This document shows, in pieces, positions 19,762-30,228 of a DNA stretch of 64,000 bases. The stretch is from a virus. The DNA is taken from IMG/VR virus record IMGVR_UViG_3300020185_000011. One strand, 5' to 3'. The notes beneath the pieces were generated by a model. It ran no database searches. It was given only the letters and a program-made list of their open reading frames with translations, and was not told where the DNA came from. Numbering within the stretch: the first letter of the stretch is position 1; every line of letters starts with the position of its first letter. Made by a program: the position numbers and the translations under genes.

Positions 19762-22046
19762 ATGCAGAGTTTAAAGTAATTAAGTCCGATGGTAGTAAAA
19801 CTAATATCAACTTAGATAAAATCCATAGGATGATGGAGAAAGCTTGTAAAGGAATTACAGGTGTGTCAGAGTCATCTGTAGAAATGAACAGTGGTCTACA
19901 GTTCTTTGATGGAATCACCACAAAAGATATTCAACAAATTCTAGTGAAGAGTGCAAGTGATTTGATATCACTAGAGAATCCGAACTATCAGTTCGTTGCA
20001 GCCAGATTACTATTGTTTGGAGTGCAGAAACAGGTGTTCAATACTAAATGGAAAGATTCAGAAATCTATCCACCACTATTAGACATCATCAAAAGAAACA
20101 TTGAAATTGGTGTGTATGATAAGGACATCCTTAACCACTACACAGATGAAGAGATAGAACAATGTGCTAAATTTATCAGACACAACAGAGATTTAGATTT
20201 TACTTATGCTGGTCTACAACAGATAGTAGACAAGTATTTGGTACAAGACAGGTCTAGTAATACATTATATGAGACACCACAGTTCATGTATATGATGATT
20301 GCTATGACATTATTCAGAAACTATGGAGAAAGTAGGTTACAATATGTCAAAGGATATTACGATGCAATATCACAATTTAAAATTAACATCCCAACCCCCA
20401 TTATGGCAGGGGTTAGAACACCACTTCGACAATTTGCAAGTTGTGTTCTCGTTGACTCAGACGACACCCTCGACTCAATCTTCTCCAGTGACATGGCAAT
20501 CGGTAAGTACGTTGCTCAGAGAGCTGGTATTGGAATCAACGCAGGAAGAATTAGGGGACTTGGTAGTAAAATTAGAGGTGGAGAAGTCCAGCATACTGGA
20601 GTCATACCATTTCTTAAAAAATTTGAAGCAACCGTTAGAAGCTGTACCCAAAACGGAGTCAGAGGTGGAAGCGCAACGGTACACTTTCCAATCTGGCATG
20701 CAGAAATCGAAGACATCTTGGTACTTAAAAACAACAAAGGCACCGAAGACAACAGAGTAAGAAAGTTAGACTACTCTATACAGCTGTCAGAACTTTTCTA
20801 TCAAAGATTCCTAAAGAATGAGGAGATTACATTGTTCTCTCCACATGATGTTAAAGGATTGTATGAAGCATTTGGTACACCCGAGTTCAATGAACTCTAT
20901 GAAAAGTACGAACGTGCAACTAGTATTCCTAAGAAGAAAATTAGTGCAAGAGAATTATTTACAAGTTTATTAAAAGAACGAGCAGAGACTGGCCGTATTT
21001 ACATTATGAATATCGACCATTGCAATACGCATAGTAGTTTTGTCGACAAGGTTAACATGAGTAACCTATGTCAAGAGATAACACTACCCACCGACCCTAT
21101 CAGTCATATCGATGGGGAAGGTGAGATTGCGTTATGTATTCTATCTGCAATTAACGTAGGCATTATCAAGAACTATGATGAGCTTGGTAGTCTATGTGAC
21201 CTTGCAGTTAGAGGGCTAGAAGAATTAATAGATTATCAACAATATCCAGTTGTCGCTGCAGAAAGGTCAACACTTGCAAGAAGAAGTCTTGGTATTGGAT
21301 ACATTGGACTCGCACATTTCCTTGCGAAAAACAAGGTTAAGTATGATGACCCCGAAGCACATAGAATAGTACATGAACTAACGGAGAGATTCCAGTACGA
21401 ATTACTGAAGTCATCTAATCAAATTGCATCTGAGAAAGGTGCGTGTGATTACTTCGATAGAACTAAGTATTCACAGGGTATACTACCTATCGACACCTAC
21501 AAAAAGGATGTTGACAGTATCACACCAAATGTGTTAAACTGTGACTGGGATAAACTAAGAACATGTATTAAAGTGCATGGTCTAAGACACTCCACATTGA
21601 CTGCACAGATGCCTTCAGAGTCCTCTAGCGTGGTCTCTAATGCAACGAATGGAGTTGAACCCCCAAGAGATTACCTTAGTGTCAAGAAAAGTAAAAAAGG
21701 CACCCTAAAACAGGTAGTTCCACAATATAGTTTATTAAAGAATAATTACACATTATTATGGGACATGGATAGTAACGAAGGGTATATCAAAGTACTTGCA
21801 GTGATGCAAAAGTTCTTTGACCAAGCAATTAGTGGCAATTGGTCTTACAACCCCGAGAATTATGACAAGGGTGAAGTACCAGTTTCAGTAATGGCTAGAG
21901 ATTTACTGAATACATATAAGTATGGATGGAAAACTTCTTATTACCAAAATACTATGGACGGTAAAGTAGAAGATGTAGTAGAGGAACCTCTTGCACAGAG
22001 TGACTTTACAGAAAGTGAGGATGATTGCGATGCCTGTGCCATTTGA
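19758..22046 (+). CDS. nrdA: class Ia ribonucleotide reductase alpha subunit
   Basis: ATP cone, PTPIMAG, SNLCQEI, MPSESSS, C-terminal CDAC. Confidence 0.97.
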   Translation: MNAEFKVIKSDGSKTNINLDKIHRMMEKACKGITGVSESSVEMNSGLQFFDGITTKDIQQILVKSASDLISLENPNYQFVAARLLLFGVQKQVFNTKWKDSEIYPPLLDIIKRNIEIGVYDKDILNHYTDEEIEQCAKFIRHNRDLDFTYAGLQQIVDKYLVQDRSSNTLYETPQFMYMMIAMTLFRNYGESRLQYVKGYYDAISQFKINIPTPIMAGVRTPLRQFASCVLVDSDDTLDSIFSSDMAIGKYVAQRAGIGINAGRIRGLGSKIRGGEVQHTGVIPFLKKFEATVRSCTQNGVRGGSATVHFPIWHAEIEDILVLKNNKGTEDNRVRKLDYSIQLSELFYQRFLKNEEITLFSPHDVKGLYEAFGTPEFNELYEKYERATSIPKKKISARELFTSLLKERAETGRIYIMNIDHCNTHSSFVDKVNMSNLCQEITLPTDPISHIDGEGEIALCILSAINVGIIKNYDELGSLCDLAVRGLEELIDYQQYPVVAAERSTLARRSLGIGYIGLAHFLAKNKVKYDDPEAHRIVHELTERFQYELLKSSNQIASEKGACDYFDRTKYSQGILPIDTYKKDVDSITPNVLNCDWDKLRTCIKVHGLRHSTLTAQMPSESSSVVSNATNGVEPPRDYLSVKKSKKGTLKQVVPQYSLLKNNYTLLWDMDSNEGYIKVLAVMQKFFDQAISGNWSYNPENYDKGEVPVSVMARDLLNTYKYGWKTSYYQNTMDGKVEDVVEEPLAQSDFTESEDDCDACAI

Positions 22047-22983
22047 GAAAAAGACTGTAGAATATTGTATAAAGGACTTAGAACAAGAAGGTAAACTTCT
22101 AACTGGTAGAACTACACCCGAGACGTGGTCTTTAATGAAGGACAGGTTCGTAGTTCTAAGAGATTTCATTCCCAAAGATATCATCAACATGTCACTAGAT
22201 GCATGGAAAACTATTGAGCATAACAAAGAGTGGGATGATGCAATCTTCAAAAGAGAAACGGAGATTACCCAAAACTCACCAAAAGATTCACTAGGTAAAT
22301 CACGTGCAAACTATTGTACTCCGATGGCAGTTTCCCTACATAGATGGCTAAAGGAAAAGCTGAACAATGTTATTGACATGGGTCTAAGAGAAACATACTC
22401 ATATTCTAGAAAGTATGAGAGGGGTGCATATCTAAGAGCTCATACTGATAGACCATCATGTGAAATAAGTGCAACAATTTGTTTAGATTACCAAACAGAT
22501 GACAATGCACCATGGAAGATTTGGGTACAGAATGATGGTAACTATGTTGATTCTCCAAGTATGGATGAGGTGTTTGAAATGTCTCAAGGATTACCACATA
22601 GAGCAAGGAAGGGAATTCCAATAACACTAGAGCCTGGAGACGTTTTACTATACCAAGGGCCTAATGTTATACACTGGAGAGATTACCTAGTGGGTGATTA
22701 CTCCTATCACATGTTCCTACATTTTTGGAATGAGGACAGTAAGTTAAACCAAATAAATGCAATGCATACAGGTTGCCCTGAACATTTAGCACTAGACTTT
22801 GATGGTAGACCAAATAGATATGCAGATGAGAACAATGAGGAGCATGTCAAAGAAACAAAGAAATGGTTCAGTGAGTTCTCAGATGTATACTTTAATCATA
22901 TAGATGAAAAAAGTGCATTTACTAACAATTATGATGATTTTGAACTAGACACACGTGGAAGAAAAAGAAATGACAGTATTTAA
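22030..22983 (+). CDS. 2OG-Fe(II) oxygenase-like protein
   Basis: YSYSRKY..AHTDRPSCEISAT, GDVLLYQG..HWR; start uncertain (21991-22030). Confidence 0.8.
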   Translation: MPVPFEKKTVEYCIKDLEQEGKLLTGRTTPETWSLMKDRFVVLRDFIPKDIINMSLDAWKTIEHNKEWDDAIFKRETEITQNSPKDSLGKSRANYCTPMAVSLHRWLKEKLNNVIDMGLRETYSYSRKYERGAYLRAHTDRPSCEISATICLDYQTDDNAPWKIWVQNDGNYVDSPSMDEVFEMSQGLPHRARKGIPITLEPGDVLLYQGPNVIHWRDYLVGDYSYHMFLHFWNEDSKLNQINAMHTGCPEHLALDFDGRPNRYADENNEEHVKETKKWFSEFSDVYFNHIDEKSAFTNNYDDFELDTRGRKRNDSI

Positions 22984-24067
22984 TAAAAAGAACGTAGACT
23001 TCACAAAAGAATCTATGTTTTTCGGGGAAGAGTTAAACACCCAAAGATTTGACACATTCAAATATCCAATATTTGACAAACTAACACAGACACAATTGAG
23101 CTTCTTTTGGAGACCCGAAGAGGTATCCTTACAGAAAGATAGAAGTGATTATCAGAATCTATCTGATGCACAAAAACACATCTTTACCTCTAACTTGAGG
23201 TATCAAACTTTACTCGACTCAGTTCAAGGACGAGCTCCATCCATAGCATTTTTACCGTTTGTGAGCTTGCCTGAACTTGAGTCTTGTATTATTACATGGG
23301 ACTTCATGGAGACTATTCATTCACGAAGTTACACTCATATTATAAAAAATGTATATAGTGACCCTAGTCAGATATTTGACACAATACTAGATGAACCAGC
23401 AATCGTAGCTAGAGCAGAACAGGTAACAGAAAAATACGACAAGTTTATTGAACTAGGAAGACGTAAATTACTAGGTCTTAAAGTAGATGAATATGAGCTT
23501 AAGAAAGCATTATACCTTGCACTAGTATCAGTTAACATCTTAGAGGGAATTAGATTCTTCGTATCCTTTGCATGTTCATTTGCATTCGGAGAGTTAAAAC
23601 AGATGGAAGGAAGTGCAAAGATTATATCTCTTATTGCAAGGGATGAAGCACAACATCTAGCAATCACACAACACATTCTGAAAGCATATAAGAACCAAGA
23701 GAACGATAAAGATATGTTGAAGATTATGGAAGAGACTGAGGATGAGGTATATGCAATGTACCGTGATGCAGTAGACCAAGAGAAAGAATGGGCAGACTTC
23801 TTATTTAAGGACGGTTCTATGATTGGACTATCTACTGCACTGCTTGGTCAGTACGTAGAATACACAGCAAACAAGAGATTACGTGCATTGGGACTCAACC
23901 CACTGTTCGATATCTCATCAACGAACAACCCACTACCATGGACTAATCATTGGTTCAATAGTAGAGGATTGCAAAACGCCCCACAAGAGACGGAGATTGA
24001 ATCCTATCTTATTGGTGGCATCAAACAGGACGTAGATGATTCTACATTTGAGGATTTTGAGTTATAA
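22970..24067 (+). CDS. nrdB: ribonucleotide reductase beta subunit
   Basis: FWRPEE, ETIHSRSY, EGIRF, RDEAQH, APQETEI. Confidence 0.97.
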   Translation: MTVFNKKNVDFTKESMFFGEELNTQRFDTFKYPIFDKLTQTQLSFFWRPEEVSLQKDRSDYQNLSDAQKHIFTSNLRYQTLLDSVQGRAPSIAFLPFVSLPELESCIITWDFMETIHSRSYTHIIKNVYSDPSQIFDTILDEPAIVARAEQVTEKYDKFIELGRRKLLGLKVDEYELKKALYLALVSVNILEGIRFFVSFACSFAFGELKQMEGSAKIISLIARDEAQHLAITQHILKAYKNQENDKDMLKIMEETEDEVYAMYRDAVDQEKEWADFLFKDGSMIGLSTALLGQYVEYTANKRLRALGLNPLFDISSTNNPLPWTNHWFNSRGLQNAPQETEIESYLIGGIKQDVDDSTFEDFEL

Positions 24068-24375
24068 TGACTACCAACATAGATTTACTATCAGTAATTG
24101 AGCTCATTGAAAAATGGCACTACGACAGAAACCTTATTGAAGGTGCAACAGATAAAGACCAAGTATGTAAACTTATCCAAGAGGTGGGTGAACTATCGGA
24201 CAATGTCTGTAAAGAAAAAGATGTAGCCGATGATATTGGTGACATCATTGTCGTATTAATTAACATTGCAGCTAGAAATGGACTAGGTCTACAACATTGT
24301 CTAAATGTTGCATATCATGACATCAAAGACCGTAAGGGACGTATGGTCGATGGGATTTTTATTAAGGAAGAGTAA
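24067..24375 (+). CDS. MazG-like NTP pyrophosphohydrolase
   Basis: KLIQEVGEL..DDIGD..AYHDIKDRKG. Confidence 0.85.
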   Translation: MTTNIDLLSVIELIEKWHYDRNLIEGATDKDQVCKLIQEVGELSDNVCKEKDVADDIGDIIVVLINIAARNGLGLQHCLNVAYHDIKDRKGRMVDGIFIKEE

Positions 24376-24986
24376 TGCACGATTGTGTTGTTATGTTTAG
24401 TGGTGGAGTTGAATCCACTGCATTATTGAACTGGTGTGTAGAGAAAGGTAAGAAACCTATTGCCCTGCATTCACTATGGGACAATCCTATCACGACAGCA
24501 AATCAACTACATAGTAATATTACACAAATATGTGATATACTGGATGTTGATTTGATTACTCATAAGCATCCTAAATATGACCATGAAGAAAGGTCAGAAG
24601 AATACTTTCATTCTGCACGACACTGGTCAGTCGCATGTTTAAGTGCGTTGACTCAGTTCCCACATATAGAGGAATACTATTGGGGTGTCAACAGTGGAAT
24701 GATAAATTATGCTGATGACCACAAGCATCATTCTGATTGGCCATGGGTACCACGTGCATGGGAATTTCAAATGGTGTTTGAGTTCTATGCGAGATTGATG
24801 AATAAGAACCACAACTACAGACTTTACCCACCATTAGGTGGTCAGACTAAGTTAAACCAGTGGAATTCAATACCGTCAGAAATCAGAACACTAGTCAATT
24901 CATGCGCTTTGGGTTACCCAAATCAATGTGGGGAATGTTCTAAGTGTGTGGAATTTAAACATTTAACAAGAATAACGGGATTTTAA
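24375..24986 (+). CDS. QueC-like PP-loop ATPase
   Basis: FSGGVES PP-loop; C-terminal SC..CGECSKC. Confidence 0.65.
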   Translation: MHDCVVMFSGGVESTALLNWCVEKGKKPIALHSLWDNPITTANQLHSNITQICDILDVDLITHKHPKYDHEERSEEYFHSARHWSVACLSALTQFPHIEEYYWGVNSGMINYADDHKHHSDWPWVPRAWEFQMVFEFYARLMNKNHNYRLYPPLGGQTKLNQWNSIPSEIRTLVNSCALGYPNQCGECSKCVEFKHLTRITGF

Positions 24987-24987
24987 T

Positions 24988-25209
24988 ATGATAGAAATAT
25001 TTGGAAAAACACAATGTCCATTCTGTGATAAAGCAAAAGCTTTATGTGAACAGAAAGGACTAGAATACACTTATAAACAGTTGGATACTGATTTCACTAG
25101 AGAAGAACTCTTTGAGGAATTTCCAACTGCACGAACATTTCCACAAATCAGAGTGGATGGAAATGCTATTGGTGGATATGACCAACTTGCAGAGTTTGTA
25201 AAAGACTAA
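24988..25209 (+). CDS. nrdC: glutaredoxin
   Basis: CPFC, TFPQI, IGGY. Confidence 0.93.
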   Translation: MIEIFGKTQCPFCDKAKALCEQKGLEYTYKQLDTDFTREELFEEFPTARTFPQIRVDGNAIGGYDQLAEFVKD

Positions 25210-25454
25210 TGAATTCTGTTCACGTATACTTACGAAGACCACATCAACAAACGGCTGATGATATGAGATTAGAGCATATTGCACGTACAGTCGATAAGGA
25301 CTTAGTCGAAGTCAGAGTATATACATGTGGAGAGGATTTCTTCAATAATGACATACCCGAGGGTAGAACACTGCCTTATGGTGTTATTGATGGGAAAACC
25401 AAGTCAAATGACAACTTTTTTAATGAAATAGTAGGAGAAAAAATTGAAGATTAG
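25209..25454 (+). CDS. hypothetical protein
   Basis: 81 aa, TAATG coupling. Confidence 0.6.
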   Translation: MNSVHVYLRRPHQQTADDMRLEHIARTVDKDLVEVRVYTCGEDFFNNDIPEGRTLPYGVIDGKTKSNDNFFNEIVGEKIED

Positions 25455-25593
25455 GATACATTGTTCGGATTGTAAATCTGAATGTTTAGTCATTCATGAG
25501 ATGGATGCACACCCATATGGAATAGACCATTGTCCCTTCTGTGGTGCAGAGATTGACGAGGATATGCAAGAGGAGTTAGAAGAAGACGAATAA
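25444..25593 (+). CDS. small zinc-ribbon protein (49 aa)
   Basis: TTG start after AGGAG; CSDC...CPFCG, acidic tail; not in ORF track. Confidence 0.65.
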   Translation: MKIRIHCSDCKSECLVIHEMDAHPYGIDHCPFCGAEIDEDMQEELEEDE

Positions 25594-25597
25594 GGCC

Positions 25598-25627
25598 TTG
25601 ACAATGACCTAGCAATTTTGATATAAT
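25598..25627 (+). promoter_or_regulatory. early promoter
   Basis: GCCTTGACA-18bp-TATAAT. Confidence 0.75.
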
Positions 25628-25628
25628 T

Positions 25629-26072
25629 ATGGCACGACTACAGAGAAAGGAAATATACCCTTTGATTGACATTCAAATTAATGGTCAAATTGCACAAAAA
25701 CGGCGTATCAGAACTTATATTAAGTCATGTATTGCCTATTTATCGCCCAGATTACGTAAAGATATAAGAATAGAACTAAACGTTCTAACCACCCTAGAAG
25801 AATCAGCTTATGCACACTGTTATGGAGACCGAAATGGGGTTCAAATCGACCTAGCACGATGCTCAGGGCATCTAAAGTTCTCCTTAGAGGAGCAGATGTT
25901 GAACCTTGCACACGAATTAGTCCATGCAAAACAGTTCATTACAGGACAATTGAGTCCAATTAAACAGAATTGGAAGAAAAAAGACTATTCCACAACCCCT
26001 TATAGCCGTCAACCATGGGAGCGTGAGGCATATGCAAAGGAAGAAAAACTATACAAAATATTTTGGGAATAG
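25629..26072 (+). CDS. HExxH metallopeptidase-like protein
   Basis: LAHELVHAKQ, PWEREAY; true start may be TTG 25662. Confidence 0.7.
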   Translation: MARLQRKEIYPLIDIQINGQIAQKRRIRTYIKSCIAYLSPRLRKDIRIELNVLTTLEESAYAHCYGDRNGVQIDLARCSGHLKFSLEEQMLNLAHELVHAKQFITGQLSPIKQNWKKKDYSTTPYSRQPWEREAYAKEEKLYKIFWE

Positions 26073-26084
26073 GCCCGAAATGCC

Positions 26085-26114
26085 TTGACAATGGCCCCTG
26101 TTTTAGGTTATACT
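26085..26114 (+). promoter_or_regulatory. early promoter
   Basis: GCCTTGACA-18bp-TATACT. Confidence 0.75.
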
Positions 26115-26120
26115 ATACGT

Positions 26121-26624
26121 ATGGAAAATAAAAGAGTAAAGAGAATCTTCATCGATATGGATGGAGTACTAGCCGATTTCAACACTGGAGTTGAAACATT
26201 GACAGGGAGAGAGTTCCCTAACACCGACCAAGGTCATAACGATTATGACGAAAGGAAGGAAGAGTTAACGAACAAGAGATTGTTCAGAAACTTACCACCT
26301 ATGCCTGATATGTATGATTTGGTTGGGTATGTAAGACACACTGGATTGCCTTGGGAAATCCTAACTGCAGCTGGTGTGATTAACAGAGAATTGGTCGTTT
26401 ACGACAAGAATGAGTGGATTAGAGAACATGTCAGTCCAACAGTGGTAGTCACTTGTACTATGACTGGTAGTCAAAAAGGTATGTTTGCAATCAAAGGGAG
26501 TGTCCTTATTGATGACAGACAAAAGAACCTTGATGCATGGGTAGAACATGGTGGAATAGGTATCCTTCACACGAGTGCAGAAGATACTATTGCACAGTTG
26601 AAAGAGTTAAGAAACGGTGAATAA
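26121..26624 (+). CDS. HAD-family 5'(3')-deoxyribonucleotidase-like protein
   Basis: IDMDGVLADF, LIDDR, GGIGILH. Confidence 0.85.
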   Translation: MENKRVKRIFIDMDGVLADFNTGVETLTGREFPNTDQGHNDYDERKEELTNKRLFRNLPPMPDMYDLVGYVRHTGLPWEILTAAGVINRELVVYDKNEWIREHVSPTVVVTCTMTGSQKGMFAIKGSVLIDDRQKNLDAWVEHGGIGILHTSAEDTIAQLKELRNGE

Positions 26625-26625
26625 T

Positions 26626-26702
26626 GCCCTTGTAGCTCAACTGGATAGAGCAACAGCCTTCTAAGCTGTAGGTTAGAGGTTCAAGTCCTCTCGGGGGTGC
26701 CA
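26626..26702 (+). tRNA. tRNA-Arg(UCU)
   Basis: ACAGC-CT TCT AA-GCTGT anticodon arm, GTTCAAGTC, CCA end; acceptor stem has three G-U pairs. Confidence 0.9.
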
Positions 26703-26766
26703 CCGTTTTACAGTGACACTAAATAAGAGTATGGATTAATTCCATACTTTTTGGTATATAAAAATT

Positions 26767-27399
26767 ATGAGACGAGAAATACATCGACAACAACAAGAAC
26801 AAGAACGAACTATAGAAGACTTGGGTGAGCATGTTCTGTTATACCAAGGTTTTGCCACGGATGAGTTTATTGACTATGTGTTAGACATATATCAGAAGTG
26901 TGAAGACCGTGGTTTAACACTACCAAGAAAGTCCTACGATACACAAATCATTACATCCAAATCAGACGATGCAATCAGCATCACTTCAGTACCCGAATCA
27001 TATTTCGGTGGTCAGATGAATCGATTACTAGACATCTTCGAAGAGGAAGGTGGGGTAATTGATAGTTGGTTTGACAAGTACCCAGTCCGAGACAACTACA
27101 GGGGTCTTATGGTCAGTGGTGCAAAGATTCAAAAGACACTACCACAACAAGGATATCATGTCTGGCATTGTGAACATTGTAATTGTCCATCAAGCAGTAA
27201 ATCCCTACTGGCATGGGCAATCTTCCTAAATGACGTGGAAGAGGGGGGTGAGTTAGAATTCCTATATCAATCATTACGTATCAAACCAAAGAGAGGTGAC
27301 ATTGTATTGTGGCCTGCTGGTTTTACGCATATGCATAGAGGCAACCCACCATTGAAGGGAGAGAAGAAAATAATAACAGGATGGATAGACTATGCTTAA
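26767..27399 (+). CDS. 2OG-Fe(II) oxygenase
   Basis: GYHVWHCE, FLNDVEEGGE, WPAGFTHMHRGNPP. Confidence 0.9.
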   Translation: MRREIHRQQQEQERTIEDLGEHVLLYQGFATDEFIDYVLDIYQKCEDRGLTLPRKSYDTQIITSKSDDAISITSVPESYFGGQMNRLLDIFEEEGGVIDSWFDKYPVRDNYRGLMVSGAKIQKTLPQQGYHVWHCEHCNCPSSSKSLLAWAIFLNDVEEGGELEFLYQSLRIKPKRGDIVLWPAGFTHMHRGNPPLKGEKKIITGWIDYA

Positions 27400-27652
27400 A
27401 AAGATAGGAGTATTCATGCGTAGAGGGGTATGGGTCATTTGGGAATGGCTGAAATCCCTATTCAAAGCAGAATACAAGATTACAATCTACCGTCAATCGG
27501 AAGGTGGTAATATGTACAAGTCGGAATATGTATCAAGAAATGTCATGATTAATAGACCGAAACATTTAAAATTCAAAGACTATGAAACCAAGAACGTAGT
27601 AGAGATACGTTCGGTCAAAGGACTTGAAGTAAAAATAGAGGAGATAGATTAA
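27392..27652 (+). CDS. hypothetical protein
   Basis: 86 aa ORF. Confidence 0.65.
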   Translation: MLKKIGVFMRRGVWVIWEWLKSLFKAEYKITIYRQSEGGNMYKSEYVSRNVMINRPKHLKFKDYETKNVVEIRSVKGLEVKIEEID

Positions 27653-28035
27653 TGAATCAATTAACTATGGGTCTTCTAGTAGCAGTGGGATTGTTTTGTT
27701 TCTTTTTGTATAATGAGAATCAAACACTTACCCAAAATAACATTAAGTTAGAAGCTGCAGTAGAAGAACAACAACGTGCTATGGAAGTAATGAAAGAACA
27801 GTTTGAGAAACAGGGTAAAGCATTACAAAACATGAGTCGTAAAAATGCATCGATTGAAGCAGAAAAGGCGGAGTATCTACAGATATTCCAAAGACATAAT
27901 TTAAACGCTCTTGCAGTTGCAAAGCCTGGTATAATGACAGGTAAGTTCAATCGTGGAACTGATAGAGTATTTGAGGGAATAGAAGATGATACACAAGAAA
28001 TTTATAATCTTGACGAGTCTAATCGCGACGATTAG
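27652..28035 (+). CDS. putative i-spanin (Rz-like)
   Basis: N-terminal TM plus coiled coil, overlapping a lipoprotein gene. Confidence 0.7.
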   Translation: MNQLTMGLLVAVGLFCFFLYNENQTLTQNNIKLEAAVEEQQRAMEVMKEQFEKQGKALQNMSRKNASIEAEKAEYLQIFQRHNLNALAVAKPGIMTGKFNRGTDRVFEGIEDDTQEIYNLDESNRDD

Positions 28036-28531
28036 TGGTTGTAGTTTATTAGGAACCAAGCAGATTGAGGTTGTATCTGCACCTATTGAAATAGATATCA
28101 TTCAACCTACATTACCAAGACCTATTGAAATGACTGCACCTACATGGTTTGTTGTATCAGAGGCAAAGAAAGATAACCTATGCAGAAAGACCCTATCATT
28201 TGACCCTAAGAAGTTCGATGAAGAGGGTGTAGAACAACTTAAACGTCCTAAGACATGTAACCTTGAGGACAGAGACAATCCCGAGTGGCCAGTTGGTTAC
28301 ACACACCTTGATTATTTCTTAGATGAAATGAAAGAACAGAATGGTGGTGAGGTTGTATTCGTTGCGACTACCATAGGAGACTATGAGGTCATGAGTGCAA
28401 ACATGCAAGAACTCAAACGATACATAAAGCAATTAGGTGAAGTAGTTGTATACTACAGAAACGTTACTATCAAAACCCCGAAAGGAAATGAGAAGGGGGT
28501 TGCAGTTAAAATAGAGAAGGCGGATGACTAA
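27986..28531 (+). CDS. putative o-spanin (Rz1-like lipoprotein)
   Basis: lipobox ISG/C, Pro-rich segment, overlaps i-spanin by 50 nt. Confidence 0.7.
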   Translation: MIHKKFIILTSLIATISGCSLLGTKQIEVVSAPIEIDIIQPTLPRPIEMTAPTWFVVSEAKKDNLCRKTLSFDPKKFDEEGVEQLKRPKTCNLEDRDNPEWPVGYTHLDYFLDEMKEQNGGEVVFVATTIGDYEVMSANMQELKRYIKQLGEVVVYYRNVTIKTPKGNEKGVAVKIEKADD

Positions 28532-28769
28532 GTGGTTTGACAAATTTGTAGATTGGGCTTGGCAAGAAGATAAAGAAATCGTGTATGATGTGTCGATAGA
28601 ACCTAAAAAAATCGACATGATGGAAGATGATGTTGACCCCAACGACATATCAATTGAGAATGCGTACAAGACAAGATGGATTTGGTATCATACCATTCTT
28701 GCAATCGGTATCTTCATGACAAACATATTACTAATATCAATTTTACTATTATTGGCGATTAAACTATGA
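28524..28769 (+). CDS. small membrane protein
   Basis: C-terminal TM helix. Confidence 0.65.
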   Translation: MTKWFDKFVDWAWQEDKEIVYDVSIEPKKIDMMEDDVDPNDISIENAYKTRWIWYHTILAIGIFMTNILLISILLLLAIKL

Positions 28770-29521
28770 AACCTGCGAAACAAGACCAACAGAAGTTTCA
28801 ACCAGCACGACATAGGGTGATACCTATGTTTGCGACACCATTCTTGAGGGGTCAATTAGATTACTCACCAGGCTTGGTGAAGAGAGATATAGACAAGTTG
28901 ATTGACCATGTTGCTGGAAAGAGTAACAAGGACAAGTTGTCTAATTACACATCATACTTTGATGAGGACATAAGAACTCAAACTCATATCTTACCATGGT
29001 TCAAGGATTTCTCAAACACAATCAAAGATACCTATATCGAGTTCGTAAGAACACAATTCGATAGAGATGTTAGACAATACTGCAGAGACGATATACATCT
29101 GTTTGCATGGGTCAACAGATATGATGCAGAGCATCAACACGAAATACACAATCACGTAGATTCACATATGAGTGGTACATGGTATATCAATTCATCCGAC
29201 AGACCAATCAAGTTTTGGAATCCTAACATGGCTGCATGTCATGTACATAATGGAGTTGAGGATTTGAGAACGTTCAATGATAAACCCCATATGGAGTTTA
29301 CTGGATGTACTGGATTTCAGTCTGATATGATGTTCTACCCAACGGCTGGTGATTTCCTACTTTGGCCGTCTTATTTGATGCATGCTGTTCCACCGTCTAT
29401 GGAATCAGAAAGCAAAGAACTGAGATATTCACTATCATTCAACCTTAAACTAAGAGAACAATTCAACAGCAATACTACTGGTGACAATATGTCATATCGT
29501 CACCTTTTTGACGGCAAATAA
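28766..29521 (+). CDS. 2OG-Fe(II) oxygenase-like protein
   Basis: AWVN..HNH, WPSYLMHAV, RYSLSFN. Confidence 0.8.
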   Translation: MKPAKQDQQKFQPARHRVIPMFATPFLRGQLDYSPGLVKRDIDKLIDHVAGKSNKDKLSNYTSYFDEDIRTQTHILPWFKDFSNTIKDTYIEFVRTQFDRDVRQYCRDDIHLFAWVNRYDAEHQHEIHNHVDSHMSGTWYINSSDRPIKFWNPNMAACHVHNGVEDLRTFNDKPHMEFTGCTGFQSDMMFYPTAGDFLLWPSYLMHAVPPSMESESKELRYSLSFNLKLREQFNSNTTGDNMSYRHLFDGK

Positions 29522-29529
29522 ATAATATT

Positions 29530-30228
29530 ATGAAAAAGACTTACGCACTTGATGAGCTGTATGCAATCAACCCCAAACTAGATTATGAATTCGAGAATGG
29601 TGTTCTCACAATACACGATTTCTTTGAGAACCCCGAAGACATATATGACCACATCTCAAGTAGACAGTACCCTATGTGGAAATACTCTACAGAAAGAGAT
29701 TCACCCAATGGTACCGTATACAATGATTGTCGTATTACAGACAAGATAGGACATCCTACTAGAGTCGGGATTAATGAAATGGATAGAATCCTAGAACTAT
29801 GTAGAAAATACTGGTGGACAGGAGACTATGACTACAAACAGATTCATGAGTTTAATTGTTTTCAAACAATAACAGAGTTTGATACTAGAATGCAACACTA
29901 CCCACACATCGACAGTGATTTCATCACACCCGATGATAAGTCCACATTGAATATGTTAGTATACATGGATAAAGAAGAGAGCGGTGGAACTGCAGTATAT
30001 AAAGGTGAGTGGATTACCAACATGGAACATATGGGTGTTCTATATCCAGTTGAAGAAGAGTTTGAGATTGATTACATCATACCAGCCAAATACAACACAT
30101 GTGTTATTTTCACTGGTAACAAATTACATGGTGCATGGATAGATGATTACACCAAATATTGTGAAGACAAATGGAGATACTCATACGTGAGATTCTTCCA
30201 CCCTGTACCAAATCATAGAGACAGATAA
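29530..30228 (+). CDS. 2OG-Fe(II) oxygenase-like protein (DUF6445-like)
   Basis: DFFENP, PHID, GGTAVY, LHGA. Confidence 0.7.
   Translation: MKKTYALDELYAINPKLDYEFENGVLTIHDFFENPEDIYDHISSRQYPMWKYSTERDSPNGTVYNDCRITDKIGHPTRVGINEMDRILELCRKYWWTGDYDYKQIHEFNCFQTITEFDTRMQHYPHIDSDFITPDDKSTLNMLVYMDKEESGGTAVYKGEWITNMEHMGVLYPVEEEFEIDYIIPAKYNTCVIFTGNKLHGAWIDDYTKYCEDKWRYSYVRFFHPVPNHRDR

Noticed and set aside
19758-24067. Introns or inteins in nrdA/nrdB
   Set aside because: Both ORFs are continuous and of normal length.
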